From: Schizochytrium sp. TIO01
Taxonomy: Eukaryota > Protista > Bigyra: Labyrinthulomycetes
DNA: 64,000 bases
NCBI GenBank assembly: GCA_004764695.1
Contig: SMSO01000034.1
Coordinates: 2,480,001-2,544,000 of the forward strand
Direction of reading: 5' to 3'
The notes under the pieces are model-generated. The model saw only the letters and a program-made list of their open reading frames with translations, was not told the DNA's origin and did no database searches. Of the stretch, positions 37,412-48,479 are shown piece by piece. Both the position numbers and the translations under genes were made by a program. How positions within the stretch are numbered: position 1 is the stretch's first letter; every line of letters begins with the position of its first letter.

Positions 37412-39533
37412 TTCCGGATTTACAATGAAAGTCTCTATATCTTTTGCACCTGTTGTCCTGGAATTCGGCCATCATCTCGGGCTGATCTTCTTCAAGGGGT
37501 TCCGTCCAAGGACAGTTCTTGAAAGAGAAAGAGAAAGAGAGAGAGAGAGAGAGAGAGGTATAGTTGGCGCGTTACCTAGCGAGAATAACACCACTTGAAA
37601 AAAGCTTATCCAGTTCACGACCAACCTCGATGAGCTTGCCGGCCGGACCAAAGCGTTTCAAAAACGCCTAAACGCCCCCTAACTCCAGCACCTGCCTTTC
37701 TCTGAACACTGGTTTCCGAGGATGTGCGCTCAAAGAGAGCTGCGAGCGCGAGCGATATGGCTTTGCCTGATTCGTGATTATCAGAATTCAATATATTACT
37801 TTCAAACTAGTACTAGGCTCTATTAGTATTTGATTTCAACGCTTCTTCGTTTCCTACAGAGGTACTGCACAATTTAAAGTAACGGAAGTTGAGGGTCTGC
37901 GGACCCTTTTTAATTGCTACTGCAGTATAACATGATCTAGCCTTAAGTCGGCGACTTAGAGCGGGCTCAAGCAAACTTGTGAAGTAGAAACCAACCAATG
38001 TCGCTGGATTCTCGATATCGAAGGTTGATATTATTTTTATGTTATTTTATTTTTCACTGATTATAAAAGTATTTACTCACAATGAAAGAATTCAGGTAGA
38101 AGAGACTAAGAGTTGTCGCGAGTCGAAACAGGATCAGTGCCGCGCAAAGTCAACCTTAAGCGCATGTGAAATGACCAGCCTGAAAAGTGTTACACTTCCA
38201 CATGACAAGAAATAGTGGAGTTTTGTCGTTGGATCGAATATTAAAAAATGCGTCATTTATGTTGCGCTCCCAGGATCAATCAATTTGTGTGAAGTGGACT
38301 GAAGCACTGAGTCCACTTCTCAGTTTGCTGCTGCAAAACGACAGTAGAACGAAGCATACTAGAAATGAAGAAGTACATACGGTACGGTACGTACCCACCA
38401 AAGGATCTAAGATTTGGAATGTATTTAAAGTAGTCCAACTTGAGGCTGGCTTCGTTCAATAATAACTCCACGGAATTGCAAATGGAGCGATGAAGCACAG
38501 TATCGCCCTTGCAAGTTGGAGTATGAAAACACTGCGATGTTGCAGATGAGCGCTTGAATCGGAATTAATGAACTCCAACAAAACTGAAGGCATCTCGCAT
38601 GAGGCCATCGCATCACTGATGTAGATTTACTGTTCTTGGAAGCCATAGCGTGAACACAATTCTGTGCAAAAATCTACTAGCAGAAGAGCTGTTGCAGCTC
38701 GTGCTATCTCAAGTCGACAGACAAGAGTAACAGGCGAAGCAGAGCCGTGTCGCGCGGCGAGATATTCAAGGGGATGTCAGGCGCTATCGTTTGGTACTGC
38801 GATCAGAGGTTGGAGTGGAGGAAACTAAACCATGGTACTGAATGTGGTTACGGTGCAAGTGGTAGCCAGTTTGCAGAGTTGATAAGTTGCACTGATGGTG
38901 GAAGAATTTATTCCATATGATGTAAATGAATTAAATCAGTTTTCGCAGAACCCCGATTCGCTTTGGAGGAGGCAGTGGCACTTTGCAGGCACCTTCAACT
39001 AGCATCTATATGGAATGTTGTGCTGTTCTCGAATACCCGTCTTACCTGTGAAGCGCCTGCGTGTGGAGAGAGAGCTGTTTGCTTGATGCGTATCCGCTCT
39101 GTTGCTGCCTCAAAAGCAACTCGTGCTGCGCAGCAGGTCGAGCAGGATTGAGAGCGTGGCTGCTTTGAAAAAAAAAAAAAAAAAACTAACTTGTTACTGA
39201 TGCTAATAACTTTTCCTTACATTGATGTTCAGCTTGAGCATTCACAAGTCACAGTGCGTAACCAATTTCCCATGACCAACTTGCTTGATCTTGTTTGCTT
39301 CAAATAGTATGCATAGGGTCTTGCTTTCTATTAGTGCGAAAAGCAACAAATTTGAACAAGTAGAGAAAATGGTATATTGAATTGATGTAATTAAGCGTTA
39401 ACGTGAAAGGCATTTTCTGGGTAAAACGTTACATTGAGCATTTTGATGTTATGATGAAAGCATTAAAAAATAAATAAATTGCTTTTAATATCGCCTCTGT
39501 ATAAAGAAAAAACAATTTGCGAGACCTTGACCA

Positions 39534-41022
39534 TTACTTCTCTATTGGTGATCCTGGTGGAGGAACAGTAAGGAATCTGTCAGATTCATCAGATTCTGAA
39601 TTCCCGGAATACTCATTATTGTAGGGCCAGAAGAGGTTTAAGTCAGAGTGGCAAAGATTGGGGGAATTTCTCAAATTGTTAAATGGACTTTTGTGCAGAA
39701 GGAAAGGACGGTTCTCTCTCTTGTAAAGTTCCTCCAAGTTTTCCGAAACCTCAGCGTGGAAGATTGGGCTTACACCCTCTTTCGAAAACGTCCTGTGAAA
39801 AAGATACATTGCAACGGAGTATCTAGCTTTGATATATTGCTGCACGCCAGGGAATGCATTCACTGAGGCTTCTCTGGTCAATTTTAATATAGCAGAATGC
39901 GTGAAAGTCACATCAGGCACTGTCCAAACATCTTTGTTGACAGGTGGTGAAAGTTCAGGATATTTGAGGAAGTGCATGAGGTTTTCATTTGTCAAGACGA
40001 TATATTGACTGAAGAGGAACAGGTTGGTGATATAGACTTGCAGCTTGCGCCGAGCCATAGGAGAATCGAGGGTGTAAATGAAATGAGTTTCGTGCAGAGG
40101 TATTTCTGGCTCAATACATGTGCGGTACATGCATTTATTGTAGACGGAGGCTCTGACAAGTTCTCCTCTCAAGTAGATTGCTCTTCGGGCATTGTAATCT
40201 CCGAATATACGTACAGTTGGGTAGGCACCATCCTCGTCGGCATCTTCAGACGCAGGAACAAATTCAAAGCGAATTGGCTTGGGGTTTTGGACATTGAAAA
40301 CACAAAACAACCACTTGAAGTCGGTGTTCAATGTGGTTACGATTCTGGGATAAGAGTTTCTTAGCATACTTCTACTGTTTTGATACCTGGCAGCCTCAAC
40401 AGCACGGCAGACTTGAGCTAAAAAGGTATTTGTACTACTGGTCTCATCATTTTGGCAATATTTCTTGCTGAGATGATCCGTAGATGCCAGCGAGGATGTA
40501 CTGATGGTCGTTTCTGTTATATGAGATCTGGTCGACTTTCCTGGGGAGATTTGAGGCTTGACATTGGCCGATTTTGAGGGCGGTGTAGCGGGAGATTTGG
40601 CTTTCGGCTGAAGGAAGAGTGAGTAACGAGCTTTGACTTGGTGGAAAGAATGGCACAGTGCAACTTACCTTTATGTGCTTAGGCGTCCCCGTCGGCGGGG
40701 TTGTCCGGGCTTTCTTGCTTTTCGGAGTAGAGGGACTAGTTTCCAGCTCGGATTCATCTGATGTTTTAACTTGTGGGAAGTAAACGCCAGGGTGTCGTTC
40801 TTTAAGAAGGTTGACGATTTCTGCGATCTGATTAGAGATCTCATCGAGTTTTCTCTTGTGGTCTTCGCAATTCCGACATGCATTTAGTCCGGTGGAAGGT
40901 TCCAATGATAGTGAAGAGCCACGTTTTTTACCAGACGCTCTGGCATGTTTGTGTGGCGCAGGTCTTGCCGTCGAGGTCGATGCGAGACGCATAGCGGCGA
41001 TTCTTTTGGACCTGCGAGGCAT
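39534..41022 (-). CDS. Two-exon hypothetical, probably nuclear protein (~475 aa)
   Basis: A 61-nt GTAAG..CAG intron (40608-40668) joins exon 41022-40669 in frame to 40607-39534, merging the 191-aa and 277-aa ORFs without stops. It has a basic N-terminus, CRNC followed by a coiled coil, and an S/P/T-rich linker. Confidence 0.7.
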
Positions 41023-41494
41023 GGTGAATGCTCAAAGCTGTCGCGTGATGCGATGGGGTTTGACCTTGACTTCGAATATCTGGTTATGGTTTTGCACCGA
41101 GCGCAAAGCCTTGAGTGTGCTTCTGTTTAAGCACTTCTTTATTAACTAACTAAAATTAATCCCTTCAATCCCCCCCATAAAACCTTTCGTGCTATTATGG
41201 CATCACGGCAAGATCGGCAAAGATCTCAGCTCCTTTTCGACTTTCAGCCTTGCTTCAGCAAGACCACGTCCTGCTTCGACCAGATCCACCAGTCAGCGTA
41301 CGAGTATGATAAACCCGTCTACTCGATCAAGCCTTGACACAGACTTCTAACCTGTGCAACGCAATTTCTCAGCCCAGTTCGATGACAAAAACCGTTAAAA
41401 TTTCGATAACTTATATTTCGATGTGCTTGTTTCATATTAATCATATATTATACTTAGTTAGATCTTTAATAAGAAGTGGAGGTTAGGTAAGAAA

Positions 41495-42193
41495 ATGGGG
41501 AGGCCAAGGAACCGCCAAGCTCCAAACACTGCAAGTGGAGCAAACCTCGAATACAAACCAGCAAAGTTCTTTCACCGGAAGTTTGGGGTCTCAGCAAGCG
41601 CCCTTCGGGGCTGGGCCGATGGCGGACGCGTGCGCTGCGCGCGCTTCCCCGGAGGCAAGCGCATCTACGCCTGCGACGATGTTGGGCGCATCTTTGATTG
41701 CGGTTCCACCGGCCGCGAGCAACGCAGCTCTGGATGTACCGTTATCTACGCCAGAGTGTCCTCGGCCAAGCAAAAGGAGGACCTCGAACGCCAGGTTGGC
41801 GATCTCCAGCGCGCCTACCCAGATGCTTCCGCCGTCTACAAAGACATCGGTAGCGGGGTCAATTTCAAACGCCAAGGCCTGTGCTCCCTACTGGACGCCT
41901 GTGACCGCGGCGGAATCGGCCAAGTTGTGGTCATGCACCGCGACCGACTTGCGCGAATCGCAGTCGACCTCCTGGAACACCTTTTCGAAAGAAAAAATGT
42001 CAAACTCGTGGTACACGGCCAAGATGCACATGCCGGAGACGCAGACACCTTCACCAAAGACCTCCTCGGAATCATCACCGTCTTTGTGGCATCGCATCAC
42101 GGAAAACGAGCAGCGCAAAATAGACGGCGACGACGCAGCGAGGAAGAAGCGAGCTCGCACGAAGGCGCGCAAGACCATCAAGAAAGAATATGA
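41495..42193 (+). CDS. tnpA: IS607-family serine recombinase/transposase with N-terminal MerR-like HTH
   Basis: HTH (FGVSASALRGWADGG...PGGKRIY), catalytic YARVSS, KQKEDLERQ, DIGSGVNFKRQGL and HRDRLAR. Confidence 0.95.
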   Translation: MGRPRNRQAPNTASGANLEYKPAKFFHRKFGVSASALRGWADGGRVRCARFPGGKRIYACDDVGRIFDCGSTGREQRSSGCTVIYARVSSAKQKEDLERQVGDLQRAYPDASAVYKDIGSGVNFKRQGLCSLLDACDRGGIGQVVVMHRDRLARIAVDLLEHLFERKNVKLVVHGQDAHAGDADTFTKDLLGIITVFVASHHGKRAAQNRRRRRSEEEASSHEGAQDHQERI

Positions 42194-43475
42194 CCTTGTC
42201 CGTGCCAAAAAGGTCAGGGTATACCCTACTAAAGATCAGCGTACACAGTTGCTTAAATGGTTTGGTGTCACTAGAAGAGCCTACAATACTGGCGTTGCGT
42301 TTCACCGAGACGTGGCGAAGGGCGAGGAAGAAGCCATCAAATTGCATCAAGAAGCGTGCATCAAAAAGGATTCCAAGACGAAGCAGGTTTTAGTAGATGA
42401 AGATGGGAATCCCCAAACGTATGGTGCCCTCTATGGAGAAAAGAAAGCCGTTCGATCTAAAGAAAGGCATGATGCTCCTGAATGGGTTCTCGAGGTCCCA
42501 CAGGCTATCCGTGATTCCGGGATTCTGGATTTCTTCAAGGCTCTTAACTCTGGACGAGCCAAAAACGAAGAACTCGCTGTACAAAAGAAAGTTCATGAGC
42601 AATCTTTTTATAAGTTTCGGACCAAGCGTGATGAATCACAGATTTTCGAAGTGAACGCACGTATCTGGAATACGGAGAAATCAAAGACCACCAGCTTTCT
42701 AAAAGAGTTTCGTACGCGCAAAGAAAAGTTCCCCAGTCAGATTAAGAACGCCATGCGTGTGCAAATGAATCGCCTTGGGCATGTGTACTTCTGCTTCTTA
42801 CGAGAAGAAGAAAAGCGTCCAATGGACCAGGCACCCAAGGCGCACCACAGTGTCATTGCTCTAGATCCAGGTGTTCGCTCGTTTCAGACGATGTATGATG
42901 CTGATGGCCGCGCCATTGAATGGGGCACAGGGAAAGATTTTAGAACCATATTCTATCTCTGTCGCCGCGTTGATAAGATCCAAAGCAGGATTGATAAAGC
43001 TCAAGAAAATAAAAAGAAAACTGCATACGATTTCAACACCCCCTTGAAGCGCGCCTTCTATCGCGCCCAACTCAAGATCAAGAACAAGATCACTGAGATT
43101 CACCGCAAGCTCGCGCTTTGGCTTTGTGAAAACTATCGTGTTATTCTCTTGCCTAAATTCGAAACCTCTAAGATGAGCAGGAGGATGGAGCGACGGATAT
43201 CCAAGAAGTCAGTTCGAATGATGTGTCGTTGGTCCCATTTTGGGTTCCGCCAGGCTCTCATTCATAAGGCTGAGATGTTCCCGTGGTGCAAGCTTGTTCT
43301 TTGCCAAGAGAGCTACACTTCAAAAACATGCAATGAGTGCGGTACCCTCCACCATAAACTCGGGGCATCCAAGGTTTTCCAATGCCCTAATCCCAAGTGC
43401 AACCATGTAGCAGACCGTGATGTCCATGCCGCAAGAGGCATCCTTTTACGCTACCTATCCAAGGACATGATTTAA
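41535..43475 (+). CDS. tnpB: Fanzor2/TnpB RNA-guided nuclease (true start uncertain; in-frame ATGs include 41619 and 41997)
   Basis: RVYPTKDQ..L.KWFG..R..YN (TnpB N-terminal motif); RuvC-I IALDPGVRSF; ILLPKFE with Pro at the canonical Glu and the alternative Glu in QESYTSK (Fanzor-type rearranged RuvC-II); Zn finger CNEC...CPNPKC; RuvC-III DRDVHAARGI. Confidence 0.93.
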   Translation: MEQTSNTNQQSSFTGSLGSQQAPFGAGPMADACAARASPEASASTPATMLGASLIAVPPAASNAALDVPLSTPECPRPSKRRTSNARLAISSAPTQMLPPSTKTSVAGSISNAKACAPYWTPVTAAESAKLWSCTATDLRESQSTSWNTFSKEKMSNSWYTAKMHMPETQTPSPKTSSESSPSLWHRITENEQRKIDGDDAARKKRARTKARKTIKKEYDLVRAKKVRVYPTKDQRTQLLKWFGVTRRAYNTGVAFHRDVAKGEEEAIKLHQEACIKKDSKTKQVLVDEDGNPQTYGALYGEKKAVRSKERHDAPEWVLEVPQAIRDSGILDFFKALNSGRAKNEELAVQKKVHEQSFYKFRTKRDESQIFEVNARIWNTEKSKTTSFLKEFRTRKEKFPSQIKNAMRVQMNRLGHVYFCFLREEEKRPMDQAPKAHHSVIALDPGVRSFQTMYDADGRAIEWGTGKDFRTIFYLCRRVDKIQSRIDKAQENKKKTAYDFNTPLKRAFYRAQLKIKNKITEIHRKLALWLCENYRVILLPKFETSKMSRRMERRISKKSVRMMCRWSHFGFRQALIHKAEMFPWCKLVLCQESYTSKTCNECGTLHHKLGASKVFQCPNPKCNHVADRDVHAARGILLRYLSKDMI

Positions 43476-43570
43476 AAAAATCATTTCATTGAGTCGCGGG
43501 TTAGTCTAACTAGCTCGTGATAAAGGCTTAGCTCTATGAAATGCAAGTTTTGCAAATTTTGTAGTTTAAA
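43476..43570 (+). ncRNA. Putative omega/reRNA scaffold of the Fanzor element (may start inside the CDS)
   Basis: Outer stem 43482-43493/43532-43543 (one mismatch) encloses an 11-bp hairpin 43494-43504/43510-43520 with three G-U pairs, followed by tgcaa-gtt-ttgca. The position matches TnpB/Fanzor right-end RNAs. Confidence 0.65.
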
Positions 43571-45323
43571 ATCTAAGAGTTCCCAGTTCTCCCCATATTA
43601 CCCTTAGCCTAAGGGCGCCTGCTCGGGGGCATGCGCTAACTAAGGGCGCCTGCTCAGACCTCTAATAAAAGACACACTTTTGCTTAACTTGGTCACGAAA
43701 TTGCGACTGTTCTCTAGATTTGCAAATCTTCATTGTCCGCAGCGCCGAAGGTGCACGCCCAAACCGGGAGCATCCCCTTTACGGTTCTGGAACCCGGCTG
43801 TTTCATTGCGGAGCCCCGAAGTGACGGAGTAAATCCTCTTTTTCTCCAAAGACTGTGTTGGCGGCGATCAATCAATCAAAGTTGCATGCACTCTTAATAA
43901 ACACACTCAAAACGAACCATTCGATCACTACGAATCAAAAGTAAACCTAAAATGTCTCGATTAGAGGAATACGCAATGCCCGTCAGTCGATAAGCTGTGC
44001 CATTCCTCCGCGCGTCTCACTCCTTTGCAGCCGAGCCTCTCAGTTCTTCATCGCACAATGGATTTCCTCCTTGGAGCACGGAGTCGCAGATGCGTGCCTT
44101 TTCACGAAGTTTGCGAAGAGGTTCTGTAATTTGTCTATTGGCGTGATCGATTTGCACTTTGACGCATCTATTCAGACTCTTCATCGTCGTTGTTCTTGTT
44201 GTTGTTGTTCTCGTCGTCGTCTGTGTCTTTGCAGACGAGCAATTCCGTGGCTACAAGCTCGTTCGGCTCTGCTCGACGTCAACACAGAGCCACTTGGTTT
44301 TCTGTAGTTGAGGCCGCTGCCGTCGAGGCTGCAACCAGCGAGGACAGCATTGCTCCGGAGGCAACTTCGCCTTCGGGATTGGACTCGTCATTTCACTCGG
44401 GTTGGTTTTGGAGAAGGCAGGCGAGACTTGCACAATGGCGATGGCCACGGATCTAAGCTCCGGGTTTCTAAATTCAAGGCGCGCTTTCTGCAGCAAATGA
44501 CAACTTAGAGTCAACGCGGATTGTCTTGGAAATGTGACTTGGCAGCACTTCGCGCGGTTGATGGCAAAGACCAAGGAGGCGGAAGGCGACCGAAGTTGGT
44601 CTTGGAGTGCCGTGCGACAAGCTTGGGCGAGGCGGAGTGAAATTTGGAGCATGGTAGGGCTCCGGGTCGCATGTGGAATGCTAATGAGGCGGTCGAAGAA
44701 GGCGAATAAATGCTGGCTGGACTCCGTCATTCTAGGCCATTTGAAGGGCCGCAATGCAGTCAAGCTGAGAGCCCAATCGTGAATTTTATCCTTCAGAGAG
44801 ATGTCTTTGTTCAAGATCTTGCAGCTCTTTGGAGCTATTCGCTAAAAGCTTCAGTTCTCCATGGATTTCTTGCAGAATTAGCGCTATATAACACTACGTA
44901 CTACAAAGATCTCGACAGGTGTACATACATGCATACTTAATGAAGCATCTGTCCGGGCTCTTGAAAATATGTCTTAGAGCGATCGAAGTTCACATGGTCT
45001 GCTGAGATGGACGGGATTGCCATTGTAGCCTTCAATTGGCATTTTGGAGTAGTAACAATTTGCTAGTCACTTTTCTATGGCTTTTCTAGGTAAAGCTTTC
45101 CCCTAGCACCAATTAGCCAATACTGGTACGAGTGTTACCCACGGCTCTGAGTTCCGCAACATAGAAAACTTCTACGAGCTCGACAGAACCTTGTCTTCTT
45201 TCTTGACTGCAACAGGGAAAATTGCACGCTCAAGCTGGACTAGAAGTCTCTTCGCGAGAGTGCTGTACTCAGAAGCCGAAACGAGTACGACTGAAATATT
45301 AATTCTCAAAGCTGAAGGAAGTC

Positions 45324-47219
45324 TTGGTTCCTTGCCTTCAGATCAAGAATCACAACAAATCACGTGCAGTGCTGGATAAAGTCGAACTGAAGATCTTAGG
45401 TTGCCAAAGCACACTTAACAGGCGCACAGTCATGTTGTGGTGGTTTTCATCGCTGCGTTGGCCTCAGGAAGAGCTTGTCTGGGACGTACTCGGCAAAACT
45501 GCTCTAGCTGAGCATATTGAAGTTGAGCAGGACCCCCAAAAAAGACTATCAAATTGTAGATATGCTCTACGTCGGGCCTCTGTGGAGCGCCAAATCGCCC
45601 CTGTACCAGTTCTCTGCAGGGACACATACGTAGGCTCTCCAGCAAATGTTCACTACATGTCTATCCAAAACTTTTGCAACTTTTGTGATCGCTTGAAGCA
45701 GCTCGACGGCCAGGATATCAGAGATGCTTCTGGACAACGAATGAATATTATATTGAAAGATCGTTTGGGCCTGTTGAAGGATTATGTATGCATTCAAGAT
45801 AGACTTGAATCAGAAGATGATTTTCAAAGCCGATTTCGAAGACTTGTAGATGGTCTGAGGGATATTCTGAAAGAATATCTCCAGCCATTTGACAAACAGA
45901 AGCCTATCAGTAGTGCATTTTCTACAGGCAAACCTGATGATCTCATTCGCCTAGATGATGGTACCGATGAATGCCCAGCTATTCTGGTATGCGAAGCACA
46001 ACGGCCGTCGTACTTTGGCAATGGCTCCAGAGATCTTACCACCCGATACTGCGATTTTGATTGCACCATGCACAAACATGATCATATCTATCCAACGTGG
46101 GAAAACACACACGCTCGATTTGAGGATGATGGTCATATACAGGTCTCGCCCATTCGCCAGCTCTACAACTACATGCTCATCAATGGACTCTATTTCGGGC
46201 TCCTCTACTCTTTCAACCACTACGCTGGCTTCATTCGTGACTGCAGCGGAAACCTCACCATCATCGAGATTGTCCGAAGCACCGACACAGTTCCTGCAGA
46301 GCCGGTGTCAGCTATGCAGTTTCTGATCATGTGGATTCGTCTATCGTATTTATATCCGAATGGATTTGAGGCAAGACACAAGTTTCCGAATTTCAATGTA
46401 TGCACACACCACGATTGTGAAAAGCGACACCTGCCAATGCGTGCAGCACAACATGCGAAATATCTTGTCCCTGGCAATATGAATCTAGGTGCCACAAATA
46501 CAGAGATGACATCTCTTCCTTCGTCTCGCAGTAGCGAGTATCTCCCTTCGAATAGACTGCCGGTGTTCTTCGCAGATTCTCTAAATCGTGTCGTGCATTT
46601 CTGTGATTTTTACTTTGAAGGCTGGAAAGCAGGCGACGACTTCAAGGCCATTGAGTGGGCTCGTCTACAAGAGCAAACGGGTCTTCTCAAGTACATGGAC
46701 CTTGCAAAACCGGCTGATCTTGGCGAATATCTTATTGAGCCACTGAGAACGGAGCTGCAAGCGTACAAGGCTCTTGAAAAAGAACAAGGTTTTGCGATTC
46801 CAAAGGTATATGGTGGAGGCATGATGGCGGACATGCTCTTTGGAGGTATATTTCTTGAGGACGTAGGAGACAGTCTTGAAATGCTCGATGACAAGGCTAT
46901 CTCAGATGAGTACATGCGGAGGACTGTGATTGCATTGGATCGAATTCATGATTTGGGCGTCCTGCATGGAAATCTTGATGATACTCATATATTGATTGAC
47001 GAGAAGACCGGTGATCCAAAGCTAGTGGGTTTCAGTCATGCAAAGTTCAAGAAGAATATGAAGGCAGAGGAATGGAGTGTTGCTGTTGAGGAAGAGAAAG
47101 CCATGCTGAGGGAAATTCTTGAGAGTTATCTAAACCGGGCTCAGATTTGTAAAGGATCTTGTACTTCTGGCGACAATCAGGATTGTTCCGGCAAGAAGGT
47201 TAGCAATGTGATAATATGA
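45324..47219 (+). CDS. REase-like domain + pseudokinase protein, copy 1 (5' end uncertain)
   Basis: GKPD...VCEAQRP...IRQLYNYM...YFGLL (PD-(D/E)xK-like pattern as in Crinkler-type REases), then a kinase-like lobe IPKVYG, FLEDVG, IHDLGVLHGNLDDTHILI, LVGFSHA. Confidence 0.7.
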   Translation: MVPCLQIKNHNKSRAVLDKVELKILGCQSTLNRRTVMLWWFSSLRWPQEELVWDVLGKTALAEHIEVEQDPQKRLSNCRYALRRASVERQIAPVPVLCRDTYVGSPANVHYMSIQNFCNFCDRLKQLDGQDIRDASGQRMNIILKDRLGLLKDYVCIQDRLESEDDFQSRFRRLVDGLRDILKEYLQPFDKQKPISSAFSTGKPDDLIRLDDGTDECPAILVCEAQRPSYFGNGSRDLTTRYCDFDCTMHKHDHIYPTWENTHARFEDDGHIQVSPIRQLYNYMLINGLYFGLLYSFNHYAGFIRDCSGNLTIIEIVRSTDTVPAEPVSAMQFLIMWIRLSYLYPNGFEARHKFPNFNVCTHHDCEKRHLPMRAAQHAKYLVPGNMNLGATNTEMTSLPSSRSSEYLPSNRLPVFFADSLNRVVHFCDFYFEGWKAGDDFKAIEWARLQEQTGLLKYMDLAKPADLGEYLIEPLRTELQAYKALEKEQGFAIPKVYGGGMMADMLFGGIFLEDVGDSLEMLDDKAISDEYMRRTVIALDRIHDLGVLHGNLDDTHILIDEKTGDPKLVGFSHAKFKKNMKAEEWSVAVEEEKAMLREILESYLNRAQICKGSCTSGDNQDCSGKKVSNVII

Positions 47220-48479
47220 AGACTAGATAAAGCTACACAAATTAAGAACTATTTTGCCATGATTTTCATACTGTTATGGGCAATGTTGATGGCTTGAATA
47301 GGTTTTAGCTTTGAAGGTCCAGGCTCTTGTGGCGACTTAACGTAAAGCTTACAAGTTATAATGGAACAATGGTAAGTCAAGTAAGCTCTGTCGTGTTTTT
47401 TTTCCAGAGCAAACGTTTTGAAGATAGTTGCTAGCAATGAAAGTGTTGCTCATTGAGACACCAAAGTTTATGTGTTGGTCATAGACTCTGAAGCGAAAGC
47501 GACTCGGATGGACGTTGGTATGATTCATCTTGATTTAGACGAGAAGTTCATTCTGGACTCTTAGCAGATACCTTTGCATTCGCAAGAAACTGATTAAAAA
47601 AATGAAATTCTGTCCACTCGACTTCAATACCGATTCTACTTTGGCCCAGTTACTTCAAAGCTTGCTTTATTTGGACTTCTATCGTCTTTAGAAAAGTCTG
47701 TCTTATTCCCTGCTTGTGGTGGTTCATTTTGCAAAAAAAGTATTCAGACAAAAGTTAATAGAAACAATTTTACATAACACAGATCAGGATGGGGATGACA
47801 CAGTAGTGGTCGCGGAGGTGATCAGCCAAGGAACGAAAGAAAAGCCCTGTTCGTTCGTACAATGCTGGTCGCAAACGCTGGACTCCTGGGTTTTGGAAAC
47901 GACCGGACTCCTTTCTATCATCTTGCTTGGTTTTGTGCAGACATGGTCGAAACACACCGTGCCTTGACTCTTTTCTAAGAGCGTGATTCCATGTTGTAAA
48001 TCCAATATCCACTTCAGAAACTATTTTTTATATTGTGGAGCTCTAAGATCGGCCCCCCAATGAATCATAGTCTATAGAATAGTACCTATTGGTGTTCTCT
48101 GCAATGCCAGCTATCGCTTCAAATCCTGTGGTCCAAGCACACCATCACCTTGACTCTTTTCTAAGAGCGTAATATCATGTTGAAACCACTATAAAAAGAA
48201 AAAGGAAAAAAAAGGTGCAAAATTCTAAATGAGCCATAGTCTAAAGAATCGGATCCATTGGTGCTAGCTGCAAAGGCGGTCATCATTACAAACCTGTAAC
48301 CTCTCGAATGCCATATCGCTCCACGCGTACGCGTTGCTTGTGGATCTCAGTACCTATATGGACATGGCAGGGAAAAGACTTCAAGTAAGTATTTAAGTAC
48401 TTGCAAACCCAAAACCTCAAACATCTAAAATCAAACACCAAAGACGACTAGTAAGAACTACATACAACAATTGGTGAAG

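Larger units (their letters stand above)
41390..43570 (+). mobile_element. IS607-family transposon carrying Fanzor2/TnpB (ends approximate)
   Basis: A serine recombinase and a TnpB-like ORF in the IS607 arrangement. The AT-rich left flank has a repeated atttcgat and the right flank is structured. No terminal inverted repeats are seen, as expected for IS607. Confidence 0.88.

Noticed and set aside
41495-43475. Bacterial contamination as the origin of the IS607 element
   Set aside because: The nuclease has the Fanzor-type rearranged RuvC, the element is flanked by an intron-containing gene, and a decayed copy lies nearby in the same contig.
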